NCBI GenBank assembly: GCA_002269645.1
Contig: NIVC01003985.1
Location: forward strand, 1-64,000
DNA: 64,000 nucleotides
Direction of reading: 5' to 3'
DNA from: Macrostomum lignano
Lineage: Eukaryota
Shown here: positions 12,089 to 24,261 of the stretch, piece by piece
How the letters are laid out: the number at the start of each line of letters is the position of its first letter
How positions within the stretch are numbered: the first letter of the stretch is position 1
Made by a program: the position numbers and the translations under genes
Notes under the pieces: model-generated
The model's database searches: none
Told to the model about the DNA's origin: nothing
Seen by the model: the letters and a program-made list of their open reading frames with translations, nothing else

Positions 12089-12727
12089 TTCGGCAAAACT
12101 ATTAGTCAAAGGCTCGCGTGACGAGTGCATTAATTCCACGAGAGTGAATGTCTTTTATGCTGCATCTCGACAGTCTCAACTGTTTCTACACAGCCAATGG
12201 AAGTGCAGTTTAACAAAAGCTTTTCCCACCGAACAGGTTTGGCAAACATAAGGTTCAGTTGGGTTGAGAGGGTTGGCTGCATATCGAGTTTCTGGATTGC
12301 AAAAGCTACAATTTGGAGCGTTCTACCAGTGCGTTTTACCTTAGGCAAATTTTACAAATGTAACTACAACTCAATGCCACTCAAACAATCACACATCGTT
12401 GCTGGGAGCTTCCAGTAAGCTTGAAGACAAGAAATTTTACACTCCAAGAGCCCATTGCTGAGCCTAGCTGCACATGCCTCTACCACAATGAATCTCTCGA
12501 GATCTCTCTCCCATCCCGCGCCGGTAGCTTCAGTCCCAATTATTTCTGTTTTGCTAATTCAACAGCTGGAAAATCCGTTGTCATGGACGCTAGCGCAAGC
12601 TATTTATGGAAGGCAAGTGATATTTATTATTCATGCAGCTGAGTCCACTTCTCAACAGTGAATTGGAGGGAGGACAATTTTGCATTTCTTCTGAGGCAGT
12701 AAAACACAGGTTCTCGCCGTGCGAGTC

Positions 12728-13330
12728 ACACCCATTAGGGCCTAACACCCATTAGGGCCTAACACCCATTAGGGCCTAACACCCATTAGGGCCTAGCACC
12801 CATTAGGGCCTAACACCCATTAGGGCCTAGCACCCATTAGGGCCTAACACCCATTAGGGCCTAGCACCCATTAGGGCCTAACACCCATTAGGGCCTAACA
12901 CCCAATAGGGCCTAGCACCCATTAGGGCCAAACACCCATTAGGGCCTAACTCCCATTAGGGCCTAACACCCATAAGGGCAGCTAACACCCATTAGGGCCA
13001 AACACCCATTAGGGCCTAACACCCATTAGGGCCTAACACCCATTAGGGCCTAGCACCCATTAGGGCCTAACACTCATTAGGGCCTAGCACCCATTAGGGC
13101 CTAACACCCATTAGGGCCTAACATCCATTAGGGCCTAACACCCATAGGGCCTAACACCCATTAGGGCCTAACACCCAATAGGGCCTAGCACCCATTAGGG
13201 CCAAACATCCATTAGGGCCTAACACCCATTAGGGCCAAACACCCATTAGGGCCTAACACCCATTAGGGCCTAACACCCATTAGGGTCTAACACCCATTAG
13301 GGCCAAACACCCATTAGGGCCTAACACCCA
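12728..13330. repeat. 17-bp minisatellite (CACCCATTAGGGCCTAA, about 35 copies)
   Basis: Directly visible periodicity. Each unit contains TTAGGG and the interrupted palindrome TTAGG-G-CCTAA. Confidence 0.95.
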
Positions 13331-13569
13331 GAGTACATGTCTGACGATTAGAAAGTCTGTGCCGCTGTACACGAGCCTAACATAAAGGCTAACTAAGCCG
13401 CTCTAACAATAGGAAAAACTTGAAAATGTACATTTAGTTACGTTTAAATAAAGTAAAAAGTACAATTTAACAGAAGCGTTGACTATCTGTACGACTGCAA
13501 ATATTATTGCTTGTTAGTAATGTACGAGGGGTGTCCCAGAAGTAGTATCACTTTTGCTTGCTTCCACAA

Positions 13570-13860
13570 GTATTAATGTGTGTTTAAAAAATCATATGCA
13601 TTAAAAGTTAGCAGCTTATTTTAGCTTTCATGCCACGAAAGTCCGATATTTATAAGTGCTTCCTGCTGTAAGCAGCATACATTTGTTTGCATACCCTCAG
13701 CCATAGAAATGCACACCGCATAGTACTTCTATGCTCACTCAGAACAAAGCCACAAGTACAGCTGATCAAGTGCACTTATAAATATCGGACTTTCGTGGCA
13801 TGAAAGCTAAAATAAGCCGCTAACTTTTAGGGCATATGATTTTTTAACACAAATTAATAC
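13570..13860. mobile_element. Long inverted-repeat element (MITE-like)
   Basis: About 90-bp near-perfect inverted arms (13570-13660 versus 13770-13860). Preceded at about 13524 by tacgaggggtgtcc, which resembles a Tc1/mariner TIR start (inference). Confidence 0.7.
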
Positions 13861-13899
13861 ACCTTTTCACGTTCAATTTTGATCAATGTCCAGTTCTAA

Positions 13900-14035
13900 A
13901 AAAACTAGCGGAAATTCAATTCAGACTGAAGATGATATTGTGTATGGCTAAACCTTACTTCGGTTAGAATGTTTTGAGCTGGGGTTAGACTGGGCCCCAG
14001 TCTAAATTGTCTGAATTGAATTTCCGCTAGTTTTT
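13900..14035. mobile_element. Small MITE-like hairpin
   Basis: 27-bp perfect inverted repeat (aaaaactagcggaaattcaattcagac) with an internal palindrome tagactggg-c-cccagtcta. Confidence 0.7.
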
Positions 14036-14199
14036 CCGCTAGAAGCCACAACAGCACAAGATTTCCTACCGAAAGAAGGTTGCGAGGGGTACAAGAGGCG
14101 AGTTAAAGACCTAGGAACAGAGGAGAGAACGTTACCAATCTTAGTTTTTATGTCAAGTTCGATCAGCAGCAGCAACTTATTGAAAAACCTGTTGCAAAT

Positions 14200-15525
14200 T
14201 CAGTCAACGAAAGGCCGAACCAGGAACACGCAGAAGATGGCGACGGTGGCCACGCAACCCACGACGGCCATCAGCCGCTCCACAGCGACCGCTGCGACCT
14301 GCCACTCCGAGCGCCTCGGGTCTCCGGAGGTCTCTACGGGCCTCTCGCCGTCATCCCCGCTCGCCTTGCTCACGTTGTCAGCGTCTCCCTCTGGCGCCGT
14401 CCTGCTGCCGCCTCGCCTCTCACCGCACAGCATCACGCGGCCCAGGCAGCTCACGAACACGACCCGGAGACACAACGGCATCGGCTGAGACTCCGCAGCA
14501 AAGTGGAACCGAATCGCCACCGACGTCAGCAGCAGAGACGACGTCGACAGCACCATGGCCGCCGTGATGAACGACGCCACGGCCGGCATCGACTGCGACT
14601 TGGGCAGCAGGCCGTCCAGCAGCAGCAGGAACACCGTGTAGCTCAGCATGATGGTGATGCCGAAGCCCAGCTTCTCTCCAGACTCGACGGGCACGAAGAA
14701 GACGAGCACCTGGAGCAGCGTGAGCAGCAGTAGTGGAGTCACCACGTTGAGCATGTAGTAAGTGGACACTCGCTCAATCTCCAGTCGCATCACAAAGGTC
14801 GGCAGCGGCATTTTCGGTAGTTCTTTGAAAACTTTATAAAAGCGGAAGTGCACGAAGGTGCTCACATTTAGTATTCGCCATTCACTGTTTTCTCTATAGG
14901 CAGACAACTCATTGTATTCCAGACCCGATGCGAGCATGTTGCCCTTGTGCGGCATCACCAGCTCGTTGCCGCGGCCCATGTCGTACATGTAGAGCTCCAA
15001 GTCACAGGTGTGCTGATCGAACGGGAACTGCCTCATGTCGAACTCGCAGGAAAACTCCCAGTTCCGTTTCCAACTAGCGCTTACTACGGTGGAATTTGGC
15101 GACACTGAAGTCAGGAATGTGGGAATCTGGGGCTTCATCAGCTGATTGTCGCCGATACCATTGTACACAAAAATGATGGGGAACCAGATCTGGCTGGTGC
15201 CCCAGTCCACGACCGACACTCCCCCGAACTCGGACGGGTCCCACACCAGGCGCTGCTCCTCCCAGGTGGCCAGGAGCAATGCAGAAATCTTGAAGCTCTG
15301 GCTAGCGCTGTCAACGGACACGATTTGATTTACCATGACGGCCACAGAGATGTTCACAACCTCTGTGTGGTTAAGTCTTGGTCTGACCATCGGATGATAG
15401 TCGGTGATGTTGTTCTTCAAGTACTTCATGAGCTCGATTTGTGGATCAGAAGCGTTGCACAGTGGCAGAGCTGCAACGAGAGCCACTGCTGGCAAAAGCA
15501 GCAGGTCCACTCTTGGATGAAGCAT
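14200..15525 (-). CDS. Cys-loop ligand-gated ion channel subunit (nAChR-like, non-alpha), intronless, copy 4
   Basis: ATG at 15525 (MLHPRVDLLLLPAVALVAALPLCNA signal peptide); Cys-loop SCEFDMRQFPFDQHTC; GEK and M2 identical to the other copies. Confidence 0.95.
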   Translation of the reverse strand: MLHPRVDLLLLPAVALVAALPLCNASDPQIELMKYLKNNITDYHPMVRPRLNHTEVVNISVAVMVNQIVSVDSASQSFKISALLLATWEEQRLVWDPSEFGGVSVVDWGTSQIWFPIIFVYNGIGDNQLMKPQIPTFLTSVSPNSTVVSASWKRNWEFSCEFDMRQFPFDQHTCDLELYMYDMGRGNELVMPHKGNMLASGLEYNELSAYRENSEWRILNVSTFVHFRFYKVFKELPKMPLPTFVMRLEIERVSTYYMLNVVTPLLLLTLLQVLVFFVPVESGEKLGFGITIMLSYTVFLLLLDGLLPKSQSMPAVASFITAAMVLSTSSLLLTSVAIRFHFAAESQPMPLCLRVVFVSCLGRVMLCGERRGGSRTAPEGDADNVSKASGDDGERPVETSGDPRRSEWQVAAVAVERLMAVVGCVATVAIFCVFLVRPFVD

Positions 15526-16035
15526 TGCCAAACTCAAAATAAGAAAGTGTTTGCCGAAACTCAGCCCCTCTCTGGATAAATATCAGCTTTTGCAGGATCT
15601 TTTTCCTTAGTTCAACACAATTTATTTTAACATCGGTCGATTTTTATCGATCGGCCTTAAATTTAACGAACCAACAGAAAAAATTTCTCAAATTGATTTC
15701 TCAACCACCACTATGTAGTTGCCAGAATTCTTCCCGCTAATTGGCTAGGCACCTAGATACCAATTAAAAAGAGCATGGGATGTGGCACAAGCAATGATTG
15801 ACACTTGTAGTAAAATCCACTCTCGACAAAAATTTAGCATTCAGCCAAAAGAGCGAAGCGTGGAAATTGATTCTCAAGATCTGTTTAGCAACTATGTTAA
15901 CAATTACGTTTTGTATTTGGCAAGGATTCTGTTTACCTCAGAGGATAATATTCAGCATTACTTTTAGTAGAAGAGACGATATTTTAATCTCAAAAATGCT
16001 TTACGCGAGCAATCTACGTTTTATAATCGTCTCAT

Positions 16036-18213
16036 TGATGTAACCGTCCCTGTCGCCTGTCCGCTCCGTAGAGAGACGAACGCATGACTAGAGGGGGCAA
16101 TGATCGTAGGCTGCCTATGACCGGGCAATGACCTGACGAACCTCCAGCACCAGACTGTCCCGCCCACATGACTAGTAGCTTTGGTAGCGCTTCGTGACCA
16201 GAGGGCCAAGGACCCACATGGACCCCACCTGTAGCCAAGGTGCAATAGTTGGTCACTCGGTCATGGTATGACCGAGTGGCTGCCACCACTCTATGTGACC
16301 TGGCGCACCTGGATCTTGCTACCAGACCTCTCGAGGTTAGAGCCCCGCCTGGGATGGTTACCAGGAGATTTAGGCTAACAGGGGAGACACATGCAGCCGA
16401 GTACAGGGACTCTGCTTGGGGCATGATCGGGAACTCTGGGCTCAATCTGGAGGATTTCTTAGCAGGGGATCCTTTGTGGCTGTGAGCGAGGCTGACTTGC
16501 GACTTTGATTACTAAGAGTAGTATGAGGCGAACATGTACTGTCTCTAGTTTAGATTGCTCAGGGCGAAGGGACGCGTCAGCATGGGGTTGCAACCCTCCT
16601 ACTGCCAATTTGTGCCAAGACTCGCCAATACCCTCTACTGCACGCACTCACGGACCCGCGGCACGCACTCACACAGGCGGGCTTTGCACGGGGAGAAGCC
16701 ATTAGCTTACCCAGACTTCCTTATGCTTTGCCACCCCGGGAGAAAGGCTTAGCAAGCCATGAGTGAAATGATGGTGAAAGAGTGAATAATGATGAGGTTA
16801 GTTAATAGTTAATAATTAGGCCCTAAGGCAAATAATCAGGCAATTAGGCGGCTTCACTATTGAGTAAAAATACAGCAAAAGGTACGGTATCACAACTGGC
16901 TCAGCTCTCTAACCAGACAATGGAAAAATAGGCAAACCCCGGATAAGCAAGGGCAATTAGAGCACAAATTAGTAATAGGAACTTACCGGCAGCTGCACAG
17001 AGAGAGAGAGGCGGAGTGACCGGTGGCGGCTGTAGGCTGCAGTCAGGCAGGCGCTGATGTAGATCAGGCAAAGCTGATGATGCTGGGCGGTATCAGACCG
17101 CTGGCCAATAGGCGAGCTCACTTGGGGAGCTGAAGATAACTTGGCGGTAACAGACCGCGGACCGGCAGGGATTCGTCTTATAGACGAATGGGTCAGAAGT
17201 CAGTCTGACGGCAAGTCTAAAGAAAGACTAGGAGCCCGAAGGTTGAGGATTCTCATTCCGAAAACCGCTTCCTTTTATAGCCTTCCCAGCCGCCGCTCCA
17301 AGGTCGTTTCCATGACTCCCTCTCTCTGATTTGCTGCCGGCCGAATGACGTCAGAATGAGTCATGATGAGAAACATGAGACCGGCATAGCAACATGAGAA
17401 ATAGGGAAATTGCGCAATCCGGAGGTGGGTTGGGGGGATAATTGGCGCAGCGGGTGGTCGCGAAAGTGTTGCGCAAGCAAACATTGAGAACAATAGGGCT
17501 GGGGTCGAGAACAAAGGAATTCGAAATCGGGGATAATTGGGGAGAATTGAGAACAATAGAAAAGCAAACATTGGAGAAAAGGTGATAATTAGGTGCGAAA
17601 ACGAGAACAAAAGAAAGAGAAAATCGGAGAAAATGTGATAATTGGTGGGGGTCGAGAGAACAAAAGAATCAAAAACGAGAACAATAGAAGCGGAGGTGGG
17701 GTGGGTGCCGCATGAGAAATTTGGGGAGAAGAACAATAGCATGAGAAAAGGTTGCGCAAGAGAGGGGGATGAGTCATCGATGAGTCATCGAGGGGAAGAA
17801 GGGGTCACACGACTTGCGTCACCGTTTGGGAGCTTGGGAAGGGATGGGGAGACGGTGAGCACACAAAATACTGTAAGTAGACGCAGAGAAAGAGGGGACA
17901 GCGCAAGAAAAGAGTGCAGAGAGAGACAAAAAGAGGGGGGATAGGGAAAGTACAAGAAGAATAGGGTGGAGCGCAGAGGAGATAAGGTAGAGGGGGAGCT
18001 ACAGAGAGGGATAGGGAGCTCCGGAAAGGCAGGTGTGACGGCAGGGGAGACGGAGCCAAGGCAGCAGGGGGGTGCAGCAGAGCGGGAGTCTCTAGGCCTG
18101 GTCGGAGACCTGGCCGAGTCTCGACAGCTCTGTGCAGGGGAGGTGCACGGGATAGGAGGCACTTTCGAAAAAGTTCCCATGCCCTATCCCGCGACCAGAG
18201 CGTGGTTACATCA
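16036..18213. mobile_element. 2.2-kb non-coding insertion (long solo LTR or non-autonomous TIR element)
   Basis: Ends TGATGTAACC and GGTTACATCA form a perfect 10-bp inverted repeat with TG..CA ends, flanked by TCAT on both sides (16032-16035 and 18214-18217). No recognisable protein motif inside. Confidence 0.6.
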
Positions 18214-18693
18214 TCATCTGATACTTATGTCTTAAACAAGGACGACTTAAGTAGAATGACGGGAAACCTCGTTTCTTGGAAAACTTTTGAAGGCAGTCTT
18301 TTCCGAAAAAATACACAACGGAAAAATCTGAATATAATAAGGTTGACGTCATTAATTTTGACGGTTTATTTTGTAAAATTGTTTACCCGAGACTGATCAG
18401 AAGTGATATTTTTATTTATATAATATGACGAAATTGTCGGGCATTAAAAACTGCCTAACCATGCACTTAAATTCTGTGGGACAACTAAAGACTCGGACAA
18501 TCGAACATGTAGTCGTCATGTTGCCGTCGAAAGCCATTGAAAAAAGAATGAAAGTTGCTTAGCTTAGCTTAGTAGCTTGAGTAGCTTAGCTCTGTCTGTA
18601 GGATAGCAGCTAGGCTTGTCATTCTCGTCCAGGACCTCTGGACCTCGTCACGCTGCAGGAGGTTTCTATCGTGGCTAAGTGTCTATGGCTACT

Positions 18694-18834
18694 CTTTCTC
18701 CTAATTTGTCAATTAAGGACCATAGACATTATAGGCATACGTCATTAGATGATGGGTCATAGGTCATAGGGCATATATGTCATAGATGACCTATGCCTAT
18801 ACGTCTATGATCCTAAATTGACAAATTAGGAAAG
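18694..18834. repeat. Imperfect ~140-bp palindrome (MITE-like)
   Basis: Arms cctaatttgtcaatt..catagac..tataggcata pair with tatgcctata..gtctatg..aattgacaaattagg. Confidence 0.75.
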
Positions 18835-19618
18835 CACATGTGGCTCACATGTGGCTCAGTAGAACAGCAGAAACCGACCTAGATTTTGTTGACTCAGTCC
18901 AGTGGCTCGCATTGCCTCCTGCACTGTTCGGACGAACCTTTCTGCGAGCCCGTTGCTTTTCGGATGGTACGGCGGTGTTGTTACATGCTGGCAACCAACA
19001 CTCTTGAGCCAATTGGTTGTGTCGCGACTTTCCTAGTCATTTCTTTAGTTCACTTTTACTTGTCCGTGTTTACTCCCTTTTCTCTCTCTCTGTCTAGCTC
19101 AATCTTGTTATTCTCATCTCTCTCTCCCTCGCCGCCTTCTGATTGGCTCTCCATTCTAGCCTCCCTCTTTAGTCGCGCACACCACCCCTCCTTTTATTAA
19201 ATTGGAGTCAACCCCCTCTAAGATAGTCGGATAAATATACTGGTTTGGGCCCTGCGCCCACTTACTTCCTCTCTGCTCTTCTGTCTCTGCAATTTAATTA
19301 TAGTTTATACTCTTATTTTCTCGATAGGTTGTAACCAACTGCGTCTATTGTCAGTCACCAGAGTCCTAGGAATTCCGAGCTGCGAAAAAGTTCGTCGTAG
19401 CCGAGACACCCTGTGGCTGATTCCCTGTCGTTAGTCAGATGGACTTCTGGGTAGCTTGAGAAAGACTCTACCAACACCAATAAGTACAGCCAATTGATTG
19501 GTCCCGCAGTCGGGACGATTCCATGACTCTGTAGTCTGTGGCCAGGAACTGAGGTGATTCCGGTTGCTCGATTTGACCATCTTGTACATTGTACACCTGC
19601 TGATGTAGTCCATGACTT

Positions 19619-21302
19619 TGTAGCGTATTCACTAATATTATAAAAGTATTGCAGCTAGCGTATTATAATTACTGTATTCTAGAAACTTCCGCGTAAACAC
19701 GCACTTTCCATATTTGGCGTTTTGAATTCCCGCGCACCCCCTTTCTAGAAACTGCTTCTCGAACTTTCCGGATTCCGGAATGTTCCATCAACACGAATAT
19801 AAATATACAGCACCCTAGCACGCAATTACTCAAGCCCATTCTCTCTATTCTTTTCCACACGGAAACAATCAAAGAAAAATTAAAGCAAACGAACCACCGC
19901 TTTCCACGCCTCAATTATTTTCGCTATTCTACAACTGGTCCGGTGAGGCGTCCAAAATTCATCTGAGTCCCCAGCAAGGGGCTAGGCCGTCGAAGTGCGT
20001 GTAAATATCCGTGTAAATACTGCCTGAATGTAGCATAACGCCATCATCGACATTGCCATCAACGCCATGCCTCATCGTCGTCTGCACGCGCCCGTCGTCC
20101 ACGCCACTACTGGATATAGCTACCGGATGCATCATACGTGTACGACACGATATTAACCTGATCGACGTAATTCTACAAACGTGGTATCGAAGTTGACACG
20201 GAACTCATCGACGACAGACAGACAAATGCCTACACGGGTATTACCAGGCCGTTCGATAGAGTCTTCCGTGAACCCCACCAAATTCTACGCCAAAATAAGC
20301 CGAAATATCACCAGTCAACCAAGCTGCTATTGACCAAGGAACGCGCGGCTGAAACCTTCGGCGATCGTCTTTATATGACACCTTCCACGAGGTGATCGAC
20401 ATCCCGAGGGGCAACCCAGCCTGTCAATCGGTTCGCCTTGTGCGCTCCATCAGCCATGCCCAGCAATATTCAGCGACCGCCCGCCGTCGTCCTCATATTA
20501 GTCTCGGGAGTCTGTCTGCAATTCGAAAGGTCGTCCTGCCTGACGATCCGTCGTCCTGGAGTGTGGCTGAGCGTGCCACAAGCATCCCAAGTTCTCCTAC
20601 CAGAAGCGCGTTGCGTGTACACCTGCTACGAGATGCCTACCGGAGCAGAGCGACAGCCCGCCTCGACTCACGGTGCACCGATCTTGTTCCGGGTGTCGTC
20701 TGTCTGCATCCTGGCACATTCCGTCTATGTACATTGCTATTCGGCCAACCGGGGGCATCGCAGTAAGGTCTGATTTGCGAAATGACTAATTAATCAAGCA
20801 GCTTGACTTCACCAGTAATAACGTTTCACTTATTATTGAATATGTACATCATCGCCCCTATGCTGTAACAGTTTGAAATCTGCATGTACAAACGTACATG
20901 TCCACGCCCCCCCCCAATTCATCATCTAATGTATATATTTTTTTCCGGTACTTCTCCAGGTGACTCCGTCTCCGGCGGGGGAACTGTTGTAGCGTATTCA
21001 CTAATATTATAAAAGTATTGCAGCTAGCGTATTATAATTACTGTATTCTAGAAACTTCCGCGTAAACACGCACTTTCCATATTTGGCGTTTTGAATTCCC
21101 GCGCACCCCCTTTCTAGAAACTGCTTCTCGAACTTTCCGGATTCCGGAATGTTCCATCAACACGAATATAAATATACAGCACCCTAGCACGCAATTACTC
21201 AAGCCCATTCTCTCTATTCTTTTCCACACGGAAACAATCAAAGAAAAATTAAAGCAAACGAACCACCGCGTTCCACGCCTCAATTATTTTCGCTATTCTA
21301 CA
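19619..21302 (+). mobile_element. Non-autonomous LTR retroelement (TRIM-like, 1684 bp), recent insertion
   Basis: Two 315-bp LTRs (19619-19933 and 20988-21302) with TGTAG..CTACA ends and one mismatch seen. 4-bp TSD ACTT on both sides. TGG-initiated PBS-like sequence at 19936 and PPT ggcgggggaa at 20974-20983. Confidence 0.93.
19676..19805 (+). promoter_or_regulatory. Heat-shock-type promoter in the 5' LTR (three perfect 3-unit HSEs plus TATA); duplicated at 21045-21174 in the 3' LTR
   Basis: aTTCtaGAAacTTCc 19676-19690, cTTCtcGAActTTCc 19755-19769, aTTCcgGAAtgTTCc 19772-19786, TATAAATA 19798-19805. These match the HSF consensus of alternating nGAAn pentamers. Confidence 0.75.
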
Positions 21303-24261
21303 ACTTCCTTGTCCAAAGCTGGCCACCAGTATTGTGAGCGTATTAAAGACTTAGTCCTTTCCATGCTCAGGTGCGTCGAATGAGCTTTCTCCATGATCGT
21401 TTGTCTCAACGCACGCGGTGGAACTACTCTCAATCCTCTAATAACCATTCCGTGTCCCATAGTTAGTTCGCTGGACACCATCTTGTAAGGCCGTAGGTCC
21501 TGGTGGTTGAAATTTCCAGTTCGGATCGTTTCTTGGAGTCGTTGTAACTCCGGACATTGCTCGGACTGAATCCGCAACTGCTCAATAGTTGAAGTCGGGT
21601 GAGCCAGCTCAACACTGCCAATGCTGAGTGTTTGCCCCTGTCAAAAAATGCAAGAAGTCGAGACAATGCATCGGATTTCATCAGGCCAGACCTCTGATAC
21701 CTCTGCGGATCAGGCCGTCCTCCAGTACGAAGCCTAGAAATCGCATCTTTCGCTGAGAGATTTGGCACTTCCTGTCGTTAATTTTGAGATTGTGCTGCTG
21801 AAGCCTCGCTCTGACCAGCGCTTCCCTTTGTTTCAACTGCTCCTTAGTCTGGTCGCCAATTAGTATGTCATCAATAATAGGCTACGGCTCTTTCAATTCC
21901 CTGCACGAGCTGTGTGTTCTCTTTGAAATATGTTGGGCGCTTTAGTGATACCAAAAATCAGCCGATTATATTGAAAATTTCCAAATGGAGTCGACATAAC
22001 AGTCAATGGTTTCGAGTCGTCCTCCAACTCGATCTGATTATAAGCTGGCTCTAGATCCAGGATAGTATACCAGTGACACCCTGAAACTGCACTGAAGGCT
22101 TCTTCGGCCGTTGGCATAGGATGGCTGTCCCTTACCATCTGGGGGTTTAATGTCTTTTTATAATCGACACAGAGTCTGATGTGTCCATCCGGCTTTGGCC
22201 GGAAAATATGAAATGGTAGTTCGTGAAGCTTGTCTTGAAACTGGACTGTTCCTTTGAACTGACCAAGCGTCTGGAACTCGTATGTGTCCACGTAACCTGT
22301 CAGTTTCAGTTCACTGGTCTGTAGCCGTGGCCTGCCGATTAGTCCAGACTGCATCCGACATCACGGACCCCCCGTGTCCAGTTGACACTGAATCGGGATT
22401 TTCTTGTCTTCGTGCACAAACTGTAGGGTGACGCAGATGGCATCCTGAGTCGGGCCTGTAATTGCTCCAATTGTGAACTGGTCTCCATTCATCGCTAGGG
22501 ACTTGCTGGACACAAACTGCACTGAGTCGACACGGCCTGCAGCGTCTATCTTCGTCTGGCACGCCTTTTGAAAGTGGTTCAGCTTGCCGCACTTGCGACA
22601 AGCCTTCCCAGTTGCCGGTCACTGCATTTTTCCATGCGGTGGCCCACATCGAGGACAGGTGGTGCTAGTGCTACGTTTGAACTTGCCTCGACTTTGTCCT
22701 TTCGACGATTGTCCTTTGGACTTGAGCACGCCGATCTTCATGACGGCCGTACTCTCTCCTTTCGGTGCGCTCTTCATGATCTCCGTGGCTATTAAGGTGG
22801 AATGAGCCTTAGTCTCGGCAACCGCATCCTTGAAGGCCAAGATATGATGGTCCTTGACCAAAAGCTTGCCTATGATCTGTTGATCCATCCGAACGAAGAT
22901 GAGTTAGTCCCGCAGGCGCTCATCCTTGTTATCAAATTTGCATTTCTCCGCCCCCCGCAGAAGCCGTTCAGCGAACGCCCGCACTGACTCTCCAGGTGTG
23001 CGCGTGCACTGTTGGAACGGGTACCGTTTAGCCAATACAAAGGTTGCCGGTACCAACAGTTCCTTTTAGGCAGCCTCCAACACCACAGCTGACAATTGAC
23101 TCGGCTTTGCTAGAGCCACCCGATCGGCTACTCGGTCATATAGGGCCGGAGACAGTTTTATGAGCAGCATCTGCGCCTTAGTCTCAGCATCCCAGCGGTA
23201 AAATTTGCCGCAACTTCAAAGCGGTCCAACCATCGGGCGAAATTATTTCCGACGTCCAGCCGCTCGATCTCCATGGAGCCTCCTTCGGTGCGCCTTGCTG
23301 CACCAGCAGCTTCATAGACTGGAGTCTTGACAACAGAGACTGCTGCCTTGGTCGACTCGGTTGGTGGACCTGCTCCTGTTTTTTGTAGGAGAGCCGAGTG
23401 TTTTCTCGCCTTGCTTACTCATGCCTGTAGCTGATCATGCTTGCGACGCCACTGTACATGTATATTGTGGTCTTTACCAGGGGAGTATTAGCTCCTAAGT
23501 ACTGTTTATTCTCTTTTTATTTAACAGCCAGCTTTTCGTTTCAACATAAGCCAAGCGTTCCTTTTACGTACAGTCCAGAGACACTTCCGCTAAGCCATAG
23601 ACAAAAGTCTGCTGTGGCTGATTAGACTGAATATTATATAATTTACAAAAATAAAATAAGTCGACCCACAGCAGTTGAGCTGCAACATTTCGCTGAAACT
23701 GACAGTTCTGTGGGTAAAGTCAGTTGATGCAGCTCGCGTGACCAGCAGTAATTCTACGATAGTCAATGATTCATTCAAGGAATTCTAAATCTAGGATGAA
23801 GCAGGCGCATAAAATCCACCATCAATCTTGAGTAAGCGTAGAAGAGCGCAGAAGATGCTCAATCCAGTGACTGGATGTTGAATATCGGCTGTCGCCGGAT
23901 CGCAGGAGTAGCTCTTGCTTTGACAGAACCTCGCTAAACATACGAAGCACCAATTTTCTTGCACTAGAACAGACCGGCGTATTGTCCAATTGCATAATAT
24001 CCATTTCATTGATCTCAGAGCTGAGAAGCTTCAACTTCATCATCGGCGTCCAATTGAATGAGATCGCCAAGCATTCATTGAATTGCGGTTGTTGAATCCA
24101 AAATGAAAGCCATTTGCCTTTGGTAGGAGTCGCGCGTTTAGCTTAAGCTAGCTATGAACCTTCTGCTATTTGACTTACAACTTCATGTCTACACTTTCTA
24201 TTTTGGACATTAGATACTTCAAGCGTGCAGCAATGGTATATTCCTGAACGTGAAGGAATCC

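Larger units (their letters stand above)
19330..23647 (-). mobile_element. Decayed Ty3/Gypsy LTR retrotransposon (gag, RT, integrase fragments), interrupted by a nested LTR element
   Basis: RT fragment IRLCVDYKKTLN..YNQIEL..TPFGNFQYNRLIFGI (21893-22354). Integrase Zn-finger HSTHLSMERTK..YWWPALDKEV|MDYISRC and core ..GIPRTLVTDN (about 19340-19430). gag CCHC-like CPRCGPPH (about 22640-22660). PBS-like TGGCGTCGCAAGC at about 23439-23451 next to a candidate LTR 23453-23647. The partner LTR was not found. Confidence 0.85.

Noticed and set aside
15715-15760. RFX X-box suggesting ciliated sensory-neuron expression upstream of copies 4 and 5
   Set aside because: Only a GTTGCC half-site plus a CCAAT-like motif is present. 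The block is conserved between the duplicates but does not form a full X-box.
18836-19330. Second LTR of the host Gypsy element
   Set aside because: No similarity to the candidate LTR at 23453-23647; the integrase is simply truncated here.
19669-19914. Duplicated 81-aa ORF (also 21038-21283)
   Set aside because: Antisense reading of the two LTR copies; no protein features.
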